A stretch of DNA of 64,000 nt from Microcoleus sp. (GTDB taxonomy: Bacteria > Cyanobacteriota > Cyanobacteriia > Cyanobacteriales > Microcoleaceae). The notes below the pieces were generated by a model. The model was given only the letters and a program-made list of their open reading frames with translations, searched no databases and was not told the origin of the DNA. Within the stretch, counting starts at the first letter, position 1; every line of letters starts with the position of its first letter. Shown here one piece after another: positions 50,935-62,116 of the stretch. The position numbers were made by a program, and so were the translations under genes. Location of the stretch: contig JAYFMW010000003.1 in the NCBI GenBank assembly GCA_042408215.1, positions 448,001 to 512,000 of the forward strand, written 5' to 3'.

Positions 50935-51354
50935 ATGAATCTTCCTCAAAGCGTTACAATTCTGGCAATTTTACAGCTAATTAGCGCAATCTTCAGTCTC
51001 CTTGACGGCTTGTTGATATTACTTTTTGCAGGCATTTTTGGCGGGCTTGGTGCTGTTGTCGGCGGGGCGAAAGTGGGAACTGTAATCGGCGGCTTTATTG
51101 CAATTTTTGCCGCGCTCAGTCTGATTTTAGGCCTCATCTCCTTAGTCTTAACTTGGGGTTTGTTTCAACTTAAAACTTGGGCTTGGACGGGAACGTTAAT
51201 TGTTCACGTCATCGCCATAATCGCACAGTTGGCCAAAATGTTGGGTAGTGCTGGTACTGCGGTCAATTTTTTAACTCTTGGTTTTGCGATCGTTTGCATT
51301 TACTACCTGCTGCGGCCGGATGTTAAACAGGCTTTTGCGATCTCATCCGATTAG
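50935..51354 (+). CDS. Four-TM membrane protein
   Basis: Hydrophobic 139-aa ORF ending YYLLRPDVKQAF. Confidence 0.8.
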   Translation: MNLPQSVTILAILQLISAIFSLLDGLLILLFAGIFGGLGAVVGGAKVGTVIGGFIAIFAALSLILGLISLVLTWGLFQLKTWAWTGTLIVHVIAIIAQLAKMLGSAGTAVNFLTLGFAIVCIYYLLRPDVKQAFAISSD

Positions 51355-51459
51355 TAATTAATTGAATTGCGGCGTTGCAGTTTTCCAATAATTAGGAATT
51401 TTATCAAAAAAAAACGTTTTGACCGATAATAAAAGGTTGTCCAATATCAAGAAAGTCCC

Positions 51460-52476
51460 ATGAATACACAACAAGCCACAGATTTAATTAACCAACCAAT
51501 TCGAGTAGGCGTGCTCGGCTACGGCGGACTCGGCCAAGCCGCCGCCCGGTTACTCGCTCCCAAACGCGAAATGCTCTGGGTAGCCGCCGCCGATCAAAAA
51601 GGTTACGCTTATGGCCCAGAAGGCTTAAATTCCCAGAAGTGTGAGGCAATTTACAAGTCTCAAGGTTCATTAGGTTATTTGGAATCAGCGGGAATTTTGA
51701 GCGATCGCAGTATTCAAGAACTCATCCAAACAGCCCAAGGAGTAGACGGCTATTTCCTAGCATTACCAAATCTTCCCAACACATTCATGGCATCTGTAGC
51801 CAGACAATTTATCGAATCCGGCTGGAAAGGAGTATTAGTTGATGCCATCAAACGCACCAGCGCCGTCGAACAAATTCTCGCCATGAAATCCGAACTCCAA
51901 GCAGCAGGAATTACCTACATGACAGGCTGCGGTGCAACACCTGGGTTACTCACAGCAGCAGCAGCATTAGCCGCTCAAAGTTACGCAGAAGTGCACAGCG
52001 TTAAAATCACCTTTGGAGTCGGAATTGCCAATTGGGAAGCCTACCGAGCCACCATTCGCGAAGACATCGCACATTTGCCCGGTTATGATGTACCGAAAGC
52101 TCAAGCCATGTCTGATGCAGAAGTGGAAGCGCTGTTAGATACCACCAACGGTTTATTGAAGCTGGAAAATATGGAACACGCCGATGATATCATGTTGGAA
52201 TTGGCGGGAATTTGCGATCGCGATCGAGTCACAGTCGGCGGCATCGTCGATACCCGCAATGCCAAAAAACCCCTGAGCACGAACGTCCAAATTACCGGCC
52301 GCACCTTCGAGGGCAAAATCTCAACTCACACCTTTACTTTAGGCGACGAAACCAGCATGGCAGCGAACGTTTGTGGCCCAGCTTTCGGTTATCTGAAAGC
52401 AGGTATCATGCTGCAAAGAAAAGGCATTTCTGGCTTATTCACCGCCGCCGAAATCATGCCTCTATTTGTCAGGTAA
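51460..52476 (+). CDS. bioU: BioU biotin-biosynthesis dehydrogenase-like enzyme
   Basis: [40 protein letters not shown]. Confidence 0.85.
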   Translation: MNTQQATDLINQPIRVGVLGYGGLGQAAARLLAPKREMLWVAAADQKGYAYGPEGLNSQKCEAIYKSQGSLGYLESAGILSDRSIQELIQTAQGVDGYFLALPNLPNTFMASVARQFIESGWKGVLVDAIKRTSAVEQILAMKSELQAAGITYMTGCGATPGLLTAAAALAAQSYAEVHSVKITFGVGIANWEAYRATIREDIAHLPGYDVPKAQAMSDAEVEALLDTTNGLLKLENMEHADDIMLELAGICDRDRVTVGGIVDTRNAKKPLSTNVQITGRTFEGKISTHTFTLGDETSMAANVCGPAFGYLKAGIMLQRKGISGLFTAAEIMPLFVR

Positions 52477-53016
52477 TACCAATTTAATGGGTCGTTGCAC
52501 AGATCTCGATCCCCCTAAATCCCCCTTAAGAAGGGGGACTTTGAGAAGAATCTTGTCCCACCCTTATTAAGGGGGGCTGGTAATACCAATTTAATGGGTC
52601 GTTGCACAGATCTCGATCCCCCTAAATCCCCCTTAAGAAGGGGGACTTTGAGAAGAATCTTGTCCCACCCTTATTAAGGGGGGCTGGTAATACCAATTTA
52701 ATGGGTCGTTGCACAGATCTCGATCCCCCTAAATCCCCCTTAAGAAGGGGGACTTTGAGAAGAATCTTGTCCCACCCTTATTAAGGGGGGCTGGTAATAC
52801 CAATTTAATGGGTCGTTGCACAGATCTCGATCCCCCTAAATCCCCCTTAAGAAGGGGGACTTTGAGAAGAATCTTGTCCCACCCTTATTAAGGGGGGCTG
52901 GTAATACCAATTTAATGGGTCGTTGCACAGATCTCGATCCCCCTAAATCCCCCTTAAGAAGGGGGACTTTGAGAAGAATCTTGTCCCCCCCTTATTAAGG
53001 GGGGCTAGGGGGGATC
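52472..53016 (+). repeat. 107-bp tandem repeat x5
   Basis: Units start at 52472, 52579, 52686, 52793 and 52900; each holds a CCCCCTTAAGAAGGGGG hairpin. Confidence 0.96.
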
Positions 53017-53071
53017 AGATTCTATGCAGCCTCATAAAAAATTGGTATAAGCTAAAAATCATCGTCCTGGA

Positions 53072-53343
53072 CGCACTCTAACCCAAGAAACCGGGTTTTT
53101 TGTGAGAATACTGGTTATAGCCTTTAATATCGGTAAAAACCCGGTTTCTGACCACCCCGCACTCTAACCCAAGAAACCGGGTTTTTTGTGAGAATACTGG
53201 TTATAGCCTTTAATATCGGTAAAAACCCGGTTTCTGACCACCCCGCACTCTAACCCAAGAAACCGGGTTTTTTGTGAGAATACTGGTTATAGCCTTTAAT
53301 ATCGGTAAAAACCCGGTTTCTGACACCCCGCACTCTAACCCAA
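53072..53343 (+). repeat. 86-bp tandem repeat x3 plus a partial copy
   Basis: Units at 53072, 53158 and 53244; internal AGAAACCGGGTTTTT / AAAAACCCGGTTTCT IR. Confidence 0.95.
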
Positions 53344-53476
53344 ATAAGAATAGTTGAGATTTTTGATTTTTACTAGATCGCGGTTAAACTGTATTAATTG
53401 GTTTACTAAAAATTGTTTTCGAGACGCAGAATAATCAGTAACAATCTGGTTAACTAAAACATGGAGATAAGTAATC

Positions 53477-53959
53477 ATGGCAGAAGTTGAAGTTCTTGTA
53501 GAGAGTTTGTGGGAACTTGATGAGGATCAGCTAGAAGCTCAGCTAGGCGATCGTGCACAAGCCATAGGGGATGATGTTGCTGGACGTGGAGCAAAAGGGG
53601 TAGACCCAGCTTCCTTGGAATCTATTGATGTCAACGTTGCGGCTAGAGCATCCATCGATCCAAGATTGCTAGATGCTGGTCGCCAGCTTTTCGATCGCAT
53701 AAACCCCTTAGCTTACGAACTTATGTGCAAACCCCTCGGTGGAGACAATGCAGAGACTCAGAAGATTTTAGATGAAACAATCAATCAGAACTATACCAAA
53801 GCGGCTGGGATGTTGGCTCCTGTTTTAGTCAGTGGACTTGGGTTAGCTCCTGTCCTTGCTACTCTTCTTGCAACTTTAATTATCAAAAAGATTGCAAATA
53901 CGGGTGCTACAGCAATTTGCGAGACTTGGGAGAAAACTTTAGCAAAACCCGCAAGCTGA
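53477..53959 (+). CDS. Hypothetical protein: acidic N-part and C-terminal hydrophobic helical hairpin
   Basis: 160-aa ORF with GGAGA RBS; AAGMLAPVLVSGLGLAPVLATLLATLII. Confidence 0.85.
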   Translation: MAEVEVLVESLWELDEDQLEAQLGDRAQAIGDDVAGRGAKGVDPASLESIDVNVAARASIDPRLLDAGRQLFDRINPLAYELMCKPLGGDNAETQKILDETINQNYTKAAGMLAPVLVSGLGLAPVLATLLATLIIKKIANTGATAICETWEKTLAKPAS

Positions 53960-54291
53960 GTTATTTACAAAGATTGGTAATACAGTCCTGGACGCACTCC
54001 GACTCCTCGAAACCGGGTTTTTTACCAAATCTGCGCGCTGTAACGCATCTTCTCGCAAAAAACCCGGTTTCTGACCACCCGTGCGTCTAGGAGTATCATA
54101 AAAACTCTGTGAGGCGATCGCACTTTTGTACTCATATCGTTTCTGGTTGTACCGGAATGATTTAACCGCAGAGAACACAGAGGACACAGAGGGAGAGAAT
54201 AGAGATCTGAATAATTCCGATGCTACCGGATTTGATATCAGAGGTTTTGTCGGGCGATCGCACTTATCTACCCATATTTGCTGCTACGGCG

Positions 54292-57200
54292 TTAAAAACT
54301 TTTATCTTTTCCAACTACTTTTGGCACATCGTCGCATAGGCGGCGATCGCTCTTACTAACATTGGGGTTATTCTGCAAATAGTCACGCACGCGATCGCAA
54401 CCTTGTTCCAGTAGTTCATCGATTCCTCCTATCCGCCACAACTTAGCAGTGCCGTCCTTGCCAAGAGTAGCCATTAAGTTGCCATCAGCACTAAGACTTA
54501 TATTAGTGACTTCGCCTTGATGTTGAGCTTTGAAAGTAGTCAATAATTTTCCTGACATATCCCATACATGGATATCAGAGATAGCATCGCCGCCCACACC
54601 GATGTTCGCACTAGCTAATAAGTTACCCTGAGTATTAAGACCGATACTATTGAATGTGTTCCCAGCACCTTTAAACTTAACTAATTCCTTTCCTATCCCA
54701 GCCCCCAATTCACTTAAGAAGATATTGCCTCGATCTTGTGGGAACAAGTCGGTAGGTAGTGAATTCGCCACTAACAGCCTGCCATCGGAGCTAAAACCAA
54801 TAATACGCCTAGTTTCACCCAACTTATCGTTAGGACTTACCTTGTCGGGCAAGATTTCCCAGGTTTTATTATTCAAATTAAACAGATGGATAGTACCATC
54901 ATTCTCCACGACAGCCAATTGCTTACCATCAGGACGAAAAATAAGCTGGCTAATTGTTTTTTCAAAATTTCGGGATTTATACAACTCCTTCCCATTCGTG
55001 TCCAACAGGCGAATCGTACTATCTTTACCAACTGCCGCCAATTGCTGACCATCAGGGCTAAAAATGATTTGACTAATTTTGCCTTGAAAATCTACAAATC
55101 GCTTCAACTCATTAGCATTCAAATCCAACAGACGGACAGTGCCATCACTCTCTAAAACAGCTAGTTGCTTACCATCTGGACTGATGCTGATACTTATTAA
55201 GTTCGGAATTTTGCTTAACTCTACCACTGGCTTGTTCTCTATTTCCCACAAGCGAATGGTATGATCGTTACCTCGACTCGCAACTTGTCTGCCATTAGAG
55301 CTAGAAATAACCTCACGAATACTACCTTGATGGCCTTTAAGTTCAAATTGCAATGCTTGAGACAAACTTGATTTAATCGAAGAAGGATCATAAACATCAA
55401 TAATACCATCACCCTCTTGACCGATAATCAGATGACTACTGGCATCAAAAATGATACTTGAAGCTCTGCTTATACGTGTAAAATCATTCCACGATTTATC
55501 ATCTAAACTTCCAAAGTACGCACTACTCATGTCCGCTCCAAAGTCAGCTGCCAAGTGTTGACCATCAGGGCTGAAAACGAGATTGCCAAATAATGTCAAG
55601 TGAAAATTTTTGAACTCCGCCAACTTCTTCCCCGACACAAAGTCTGACAAGCCGAGGGTATCGTTAGATTGGGTAGCTACAACTAGCTGGTTGTTGGAGT
55701 TAAAGCTAATACTACTGAAATTGTCTTGAGATTTTTTTAATAGCTTTGGTTCACTTTCCGATAAGTTCCACAGGTAGATAGTCATTGCATAACCCGTCTT
55801 AATTCCCCCATTTACATAGGCTACAAGCTGCTTACCATCAGGACTGAACCTGAGCCCACGGTCATATACATGGGAATATGTAGACTGTGGAATAGAGGCT
55901 ACAAACTTTGGTGGCTCTTCTTGTTTTCCTTCTGAGTTCCACAGGCGAACTGTCCCTTGCTCGTCAATGGTTGCTAATAAGCGACCATCCCGATCAACAT
56001 CAAGTGTTACTTTACCTTTATGTCCTGAAAATACTTTGGATAGTTTTTGTCCATTCAAGTCTTGTAAGCGGACAATACCATCATTTCCTGCTGTAGCAAT
56101 CAGTAACGTACCATCAGGCGTAAAAAACATCTTATTCAAGTCTTGAGGCACTTCTATGCGGTTACGTTCTTTAGCTACATAGAATACCTTTCGCAAAGTT
56201 TGTAACACTTGAGGTTGAAGCTCAGTGTCTGGTTTTAAAAATGGTAGCTTACTTTCTGGCTTGAATAAGGATAAGTATCCAGGCCAATCTTTAAGATATT
56301 TCTGTGCTCGTAAGCTATCAAGCAACGCATTTAACTCTTGGTTGGGTAAGTTTGCTTCTGCGGATAGTCTAGTAGCCCTGATTTGACCTATCAGTGCATT
56401 TCTCTCTCCAATCAAAGAAAATACTAAACCTGTACCTAACCCCAGCATTACGCCTAATGCAATGCTCCAATTCCGACGAGTATTAAAGCTTTTTCGCCCG
56501 ACACTGCGCCGCACAAACTCCGCTTCTAATTTGTTCAGCCAGTTGTCCTGGGAATTGAGCTCCTTTTTGAGCAAATCAAGACGTGGGTTAGCATTCCAGA
56601 GATATTCTGCCTGTTGCTGGCTTTCCCACTCTTCAGCGGCAGGTGTCAACCGCCGTTGCAAAAGTAAACTCTCTTCATTCTCCTGTTTCCACCTCAGCAG
56701 CTTTTCCCACCCCCGCACCAAAGCATCATGGGCCGGTTCCACATAGGGATTCCCCTCCGCATCTTGCCCTTTCACTAACAACCTGGCTGTGCTAAAATGC
56801 TCAATTACTTCTTTAACTAAACTATTTCGATCGGGCGGATATTCCAATTCCGATAACGGGACTTGTCTACGCGCTAACTCACCCCCACCCAGGGCTACCA
56901 TCCGCAACATCACATCACGAATAACGTGGCTATAAGCTGGATTTTCTTGAACTAGCACCTGATATTCCTCATCAGCTCTTTGAGTCAGTGATAGGATTAC
57001 TCCTCCCAAGTCTTGATAATCTTCTTGAGTCAGCGCCCGGTCAATTGTTATACCTTCGTTTCCTGCATCCCATTGTCGCTTTAAATACTTGAGATAAAGT
57101 TCGCTCAAAGCAAAAGACAGCAGGGGCAATGCTCCCGGCATATCCGCCACTTCATTAATTAATTGTTCTACTAAATCGTGGGGTTGAAAATACATTACCC

Positions 57201-58734
57201 GTGTTTCTGCGGGTTTCTCAATCGCTTCCCTCAAATCCTTTCGTGTCATCGCGGGGACCATAAATCGTCCGTTGAGCCAACGACCTTTAAGCACTGTATT
57301 TCCTACGTTATAGCCTGTGGGGATAAACTGTAAGCCAGCATCTCTAACTTGGGCTTCAAAGTCAGAACGTAGGCTTAACACTACCCGTAATTTATCCCGA
57401 TGGGCGTTAATTGCTTTAAGTATTTGTTGGAAAAATTCCTTGCGCTCATCCTCATCTTGACAGAGTGTAATTATCTCTTCGCTTTGATCGATAAAGATTA
57501 ATAACTGGGAATTGGGATGATTTTTAGCCAAAACCGCAATACTTTGACTCAGAGTTTTTTGTTTATTTTGTAATTCAATTTTGGGTAATTGGGCATCAAC
57601 AAGGGCATTATTCAAGGCTTGAAAAGGTGTTTCTCCGGGGCGGATTGGTGATATAATACACCATTTGTCGCTTTTTTCCTGTTTCAATTTAGGAATTAAT
57701 CCGGCTTTTACCAAACTGGATTTACCTGAACCCGAAGCACCCAAAACCACTGTTAGAGGATTAGTTTTGACAATATTTTGTAACTTTTCTATTAGTTCGT
57801 TTCTACCGAAAAACAGTTTGTTGTGTTCCTCTTCAAACGGTAACAAGCCGCGATAGGGATTTTTGGAAACATCTAATGGTGGTGCTGGAGGTAGATTTAG
57901 CGCGTGTCCTGGTGTCAGGAAAATGTACTCGCCTTTATCGTGTTTTTTGAGGGAATGAATCCCTGGCGTCTGACGGATCGCACGAGCTTCTGTGGCAATT
58001 TCAATGCGATCGCGCAAATACACATAGAGATCGGTTGCCGTAATTACACCATCTCCCGCAGGCTTACCGGGTGCTGCTGGTGGAAAAGCATCGGCTTTAC
58101 CCTCAAGTGCTTCTATCAACGCATAAGCAAAGGGTGAATGGCTTCCAATTTGTCCGCGATCGTCTTTCAGGTTAAAAGCATCCCATGCAGATTGATCGTG
58201 GGAAGCCGAAGTTAGAACTTGCCATGCTGGGTCTTGAATGAAGCGATCGTAGCGTTCTTTGTGGATCGTACCTAGTTCGATCGGAATCGCTTTGCGTAGA
58301 CTTGACCAGCGAAAAGCACCCGCAAAACAACAGTCAAGAATACCTAAAAAGTGACGACAGGGAAGTTGAAGCAAGGCTTTATTCACCTCTGACATCGGCA
58401 GGTAAGTGCTAACATTGCCCAAGCGAGCACCTGGAGGAATCAGATAGCCTTCGGGGCCATCCTCGCCATTGAGAGCAATCCCATGTCCAGCATAGTAGAA
58501 AAGAAAGCGATCGCCCTTTTGAATTTGTTGTGGCAATTCTATCTCTAATACCTGCCGAAGTTGGCTGAGGTTAGCTGCTTGATTCAGCAGCAGAGTAACA
58601 TCGTAATGATGCTCGGTTTCGAGGATACGAGCGATTTCTGTCGCATCACTGACAGCAGTTTTAAGTGAAGAAATACCGTTGTTGTAGTCGTCAATGCCAA
58701 TGATTAGGGCGTAGCTGTGTTCAAAGTTTGACAT
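54292..58734 (-). CDS. Caspase-family (C14) protease + STAND NTPase (nSTAND1-like) + TM + WD40 repeats
   Basis: YYAGHG and LDCCFAG dyad; NPYRGL, GASGSGKSS, FIDQSEE, LPLL; TM WSIALGVMLGLG; GH..WD repeats. Confidence 0.93.
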   Translation of the reverse strand: MSNFEHSYALIIGIDDYNNGISSLKTAVSDATEIARILETEHHYDVTLLLNQAANLSQLRQVLEIELPQQIQKGDRFLFYYAGHGIALNGEDGPEGYLIPPGARLGNVSTYLPMSEVNKALLQLPCRHFLGILDCCFAGAFRWSSLRKAIPIELGTIHKERYDRFIQDPAWQVLTSASHDQSAWDAFNLKDDRGQIGSHSPFAYALIEALEGKADAFPPAAPGKPAGDGVITATDLYVYLRDRIEIATEARAIRQTPGIHSLKKHDKGEYIFLTPGHALNLPPAPPLDVSKNPYRGLLPFEEEHNKLFFGRNELIEKLQNIVKTNPLTVVLGASGSGKSSLVKAGLIPKLKQEKSDKWCIISPIRPGETPFQALNNALVDAQLPKIELQNKQKTLSQSIAVLAKNHPNSQLLIFIDQSEEIITLCQDEDERKEFFQQILKAINAHRDKLRVVLSLRSDFEAQVRDAGLQFIPTGYNVGNTVLKGRWLNGRFMVPAMTRKDLREAIEKPAETRVMYFQPHDLVEQLINEVADMPGALPLLSFALSELYLKYLKRQWDAGNEGITIDRALTQEDYQDLGGVILSLTQRADEEYQVLVQENPAYSHVIRDVMLRMVALGGGELARRQVPLSELEYPPDRNSLVKEVIEHFSTARLLVKGQDAEGNPYVEPAHDALVRGWEKLLRWKQENEESLLLQRRLTPAAEEWESQQQAEYLWNANPRLDLLKKELNSQDNWLNKLEAEFVRRSVGRKSFNTRRNWSIALGVMLGLGTGLVFSLIGERNALIGQIRATRLSAEANLPNQELNALLDSLRAQKYLKDWPGYLSLFKPESKLPFLKPDTELQPQVLQTLRKVFYVAKERNRIEVPQDLNKMFFTPDGTLLIATAGNDGIVRLQDLNGQKLSKVFSGHKGKVTLDVDRDGRLLATIDEQGTVRLWNSEGKQEEPPKFVASIPQSTYSHVYDRGLRFSPDGKQLVAYVNGGIKTGYAMTIYLWNLSESEPKLLKKSQDNFSSISFNSNNQLVVATQSNDTLGLSDFVSGKKLAEFKNFHLTLFGNLVFSPDGQHLAADFGADMSSAYFGSLDDKSWNDFTRISRASSIIFDASSHLIIGQEGDGIIDVYDPSSIKSSLSQALQFELKGHQGSIREVISSSNGRQVASRGNDHTIRLWEIENKPVVELSKIPNLISISISPDGKQLAVLESDGTVRLLDLNANELKRFVDFQGKISQIIFSPDGQQLAAVGKDSTIRLLDTNGKELYKSRNFEKTISQLIFRPDGKQLAVVENDGTIHLFNLNNKTWEILPDKVSPNDKLGETRRIIGFSSDGRLLVANSLPTDLFPQDRGNIFLSELGAGIGKELVKFKGAGNTFNSIGLNTQGNLLASANIGVGGDAISDIHVWDMSGKLLTTFKAQHQGEVTNISLSADGNLMATLGKDGTAKLWRIGGIDELLEQGCDRVRDYLQNNPNVSKSDRRLCDDVPKVVGKDKSF

Positions 58735-58773
58735 ATAGCGAGCCTAAAAAATTTGTAAGAGTTTGTAGGGGTA

Positions 58774-59396
58774 GGCCCCCGTGCATTGGTTGGTGTCAAC
58801 AAACAGGTTAAATGCACTCACAGACTGCTGTTTAACCGTTAGATCTAGATCCCCCCTAGCCCCCCTTAAGAAGGGGGGGACTGGAAGTGGTCAAAGTCAA
58901 CCCCTACTCCCCTTTTTCAGGGGGCGGAAGTGGTCAAAGTCAACCCCTACTCCCCTTTTTCAGGGGGCGGAAGTGGTCAAAGTCAACCCCTACTCCCCTT
59001 TTTCAGGGGGCGGAAGTGGTCAAAGTCAACCCCTACTCCCCTTTTTCAGGGGGCGGAAGTGGTCAAAGTCAACCCCTACTCCCCTTTTTCAGGGGGCGGA
59101 AGTGGTCAAAGTCAACCCCTACTCCCCTTTTTCAGGGGGCGGAAGTGGTCAAAGTCAACCCCTACTCCCCTTTTTCAGGGGGCGGAAGTGGTCAAAGTCA
59201 ACCCCTACTCCCCTTTTTCAGGGGGCGGAAGTGGTCAAAGTCAACCCCTACTCCCCTTTTTCAGGGGGGGACTGGAAGTGGTCAAAGTCAACCCCTACTC
59301 CCCTTTTTCAGGGGGATTTAGGGGGATCTCGACTCGGCTATAAGCGAGATTTATCAAAGTTTTTAGGCTGGTTGTTGACACCAATGGCCCCCGTGC
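58774..59396. mobile_element. MITE of the GTGTCAAC/GTTGACAC family in a REP-like site, expanded by an internal tandem repeat
   Basis: Flanking direct repeat GGCCCCCGTGC at 58774 and 59386. Confidence 0.8.
58883..59315 (+). repeat. 43-bp tandem repeat x10, no spacers
   Basis: GGAAGTGGTCAAAGTCAACCCCTACTCCCC...CAGGGGGC units, head to tail. Confidence 0.96.
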
Positions 59397-59450
59397 CTAC
59401 CCTGTATCCTCTGGGGCGATCGCAGGTGAATAGCCCCATTGACAAAACAC

Positions 59451-61583
59451 CTATCGCGTGAGTGTGATTTTAATCTCCTTCGTTGTCCACTCCTGACTCG
59501 GATCGAAAATTGCTGTTGCACGATAACCCGGAATTTCTGGTTGAGTATCAACATCAGCACCAACCGCAGCCAGAAGTTGTCCAAGTGGATTCTCACCACG
59601 GGGTAGTGTTGCTGATTTTTGGTCGATTTCTTGATCGAGTGAGGGCAACTCCAGCCAACGAAAATCATTCGGTTTGACCGTCGCAAAAACTTTCAAAGTT
59701 TCGGCGCCTTTGGAAGATTTTCCATGATCCGGGAGCTTGATTTGAAGCGGAATTAACATTTCTTGATTGGGATCGAATGGATAAAAAATCCCCTCTGGTA
59801 TTTGGAGTTGAATGCGGGAAACCGCCCAGTTTGATTCGAGATCCAGCACAGCAACATTCAAAACTTGAGAGTAAGTATTTTTAATTCGCAAGAATGCGTA
59901 CTCACCAGATTTAACAACTAAATTAGTCGGGTCGGGAAATGGCTGCGGTTTTTTAGGCATCCCTGGTTGCCAGTTTGGTTGTGTGAGTAATTCCACCTCT
60001 AGCTTGTTGGTCAAATCAGAAAATTGATTGCTCAACTGTTGAATCGCCTGATATTTTACTAAATGTACCAATCGTTTCACTACTTTTTGTGGAGCATCAG
60101 AATCCTCAATCTTTAACGCAGGTGTGAGGTTTTCGATCGGTGTACCAATGCAAATCTCATACTCCCCTTTTTGATTAACCGCAACTTGATAATCTTCCTT
60201 TTGTTGTGCATCCACCAGTTTCAACCAGCCATTTCCTGCCAGTGCTGCCTCGACTGCCTTCAATGCAGCATCTTCCTGCTCCTTAATAGCTTGATTCAGT
60301 TGATTGTCTTTCTCACCAACCTCTTTTTTGAAAAGGCGTACTCCCCGTACCAAATCAACAGGGGCTGATAGCATCACTGCTTGAGAACCTTGATCAATCT
60401 TGTCCTGACGTAGCACTTCAATTACATCTGCCCAGGCATCAGAAGCACCAACTTTTGTAATCTCAACGATCGCCACTTGCTGGTTTTTCTGGGTAAAATC
60501 TGTCGTGCCAAACCCATAGATTGCGAAGCGATAACCTGGACTGAGACCGTTTTCCATCCCTGCATCCAGCCGGACTTGTTTGGGGATTTTCTTCGGTTCT
60601 GAGCCTGCCTCAGTGACTTCTTCCTCAATTACTTCAAGCACATTCACAGCATATTGTAAAGATCCGCGCTCAACTCCGAAGACAAAGCGATCGCTCTCGC
60701 CCACCAGCATTGGCATCTGCTGAGGGAACTTGCTTTGAATTTTCGCACTGATGCGATCGTGCAATGTTTTGTACGTCAATCCTGAAGGGCTACTGGTTAA
60801 GGTATCAATCATCCAGTACGTCAGCGCCCCATGTCGCTCCTTACCACTCACCGTATACTCTAAGGCATACTCGCTAGGACGACAAGCAGCTAGCAATACA
60901 TAATCTTTAGATTGAGGCAGCCAGTGCCCAGGGGTAATACTTGCAGCCGTTTCATCAGTCAGAGTCTGCCAGTTTTCGATCAGCTCTTGTCGCGAAGCCA
61001 CCAAGCTTTCCGAGTCTCGGGGTGCTGTGTCGATTTCTCCAATTCCTCGAATTGCAACATCGTCGCCACGAGTTGCTTCTCCAGAGTGACAGCTATCCAT
61101 AATAACTGTGACAATCAACCCTTTGTCCGTCATCCGCTTCAACAGTGTCGCCAATTCCACATCGCGCAGGTAGCGCCCTCCTTCATTGCCAACATCCATT
61201 GGTACAATACCTTCATCAGGTTGGTCATTCCCCTTCAGTTCTGGATAGATGGTTGTCATCCGTCCTCCATGTCCAGAATAGTGAATGTAAACCTGCTCTC
61301 CTGGTTGAGCTATTTCTGTAATGGCATGAAACTGCGCCACAATGTTTTCATAAGTGGGTTCTGGGTATTTGGTTGCGATCGTTTCAGCGACTTCAGGATT
61401 CGGAGAAGTCAGCTTGAAAATCTTTTCAGAAGGAATCTTCAGTGTCTCTAAGAGGTAGCTTGCTACAAGATTGATGTCACCAAAGCATCCTTTAAGATTC
61501 TTGTACAACCGATTCGGCTGATAGCCGTCAATGCCAATTAATAAAGCGTAAATGTTCGGTGTTTGTTCAGATTTGTCAGTCAT
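59451..61583 (-). CDS. Caspase-family (C14, metacaspase/orthocaspase-like) protease with a long C-terminal region
   Basis: ALLIGID, LKGCFGD, HYSGHG, MDSCHSG, LAAC, HGALT. Confidence 0.92.
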   Translation of the reverse strand: MTDKSEQTPNIYALLIGIDGYQPNRLYKNLKGCFGDINLVASYLLETLKIPSEKIFKLTSPNPEVAETIATKYPEPTYENIVAQFHAITEIAQPGEQVYIHYSGHGGRMTTIYPELKGNDQPDEGIVPMDVGNEGGRYLRDVELATLLKRMTDKGLIVTVIMDSCHSGEATRGDDVAIRGIGEIDTAPRDSESLVASRQELIENWQTLTDETAASITPGHWLPQSKDYVLLAACRPSEYALEYTVSGKERHGALTYWMIDTLTSSPSGLTYKTLHDRISAKIQSKFPQQMPMLVGESDRFVFGVERGSLQYAVNVLEVIEEEVTEAGSEPKKIPKQVRLDAGMENGLSPGYRFAIYGFGTTDFTQKNQQVAIVEITKVGASDAWADVIEVLRQDKIDQGSQAVMLSAPVDLVRGVRLFKKEVGEKDNQLNQAIKEQEDAALKAVEAALAGNGWLKLVDAQQKEDYQVAVNQKGEYEICIGTPIENLTPALKIEDSDAPQKVVKRLVHLVKYQAIQQLSNQFSDLTNKLEVELLTQPNWQPGMPKKPQPFPDPTNLVVKSGEYAFLRIKNTYSQVLNVAVLDLESNWAVSRIQLQIPEGIFYPFDPNQEMLIPLQIKLPDHGKSSKGAETLKVFATVKPNDFRWLELPSLDQEIDQKSATLPRGENPLGQLLAAVGADVDTQPEIPGYRATAIFDPSQEWTTKEIKITLTR

Positions 61584-61615
61584 TTTTAATTCATTGCTCC
61601 AGTGTCTTTTATCGG

Positions 61616-62098
61616 GTAGGGACACTCCAAAAGCCCATAGGTGTCAACTTAAGGTCAAACCCAGTCAGAGACTGTTGTTTGACTATTAAATCTAGATCCC
61701 CCCGCATTCTTGCCCCCTACTCAACCCCTACTCCCCTTAAGAAGGGGGGGACAAGAGTCTTCTCAAAGTCCCCCTTCTTAAGGGGGATTTAGGGGGATCT
61801 AGACTTAGGTAAAAACCAGATTTCTCAGGGCTTTCAGGCTTAAGTTGACACCAATGGGCAGTGCCCATTAGTGTCAACTTAAGCTCAAACCTAGTCACAG
61901 ATTGCTGTTTGACTATTAAATCTAGATCCCCCCGCATTCTTGCCCCCTACTCCCCCTTAAGAAGGGGGGGATAAGAGTCCGATCAAAGTCCCCCTTCTTA
62001 AGGGGGATTTAGGGGGATCTAGACTTCGCCTAAAAGCGACATTTATTATGGGTTTTAGGCTTAAGTTGACACCAATGGGTCCGGCGCCGTGTCCCTAC
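61616..62098. mobile_element. Two head-to-tail copies of the GTGTCAAC-TIR MITE inside one GTAGGGACAC...GTGTCCCTAC palindrome
   Basis: TIR pairs near 61640/61850 and 61870/62070. Confidence 0.78.
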
Positions 62099-62116
62099 AG
62101 ATCGATCGCGAATACA

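Noticed and set aside
52472..53343. CRISPR array
   Set aside because: Whole 107-bp and 86-bp units repeat essentially identically, with no variable spacers.
58883..59315. CRISPR array
   Set aside because: The 43-bp units are contiguous with no unique spacers, there are no cas genes, and the array lies inside a MITE.
58781..59461. Three overlapping repeat-protein ORFs
   Set aside because: They result from a stop-free 43-bp repeat read in all frames.
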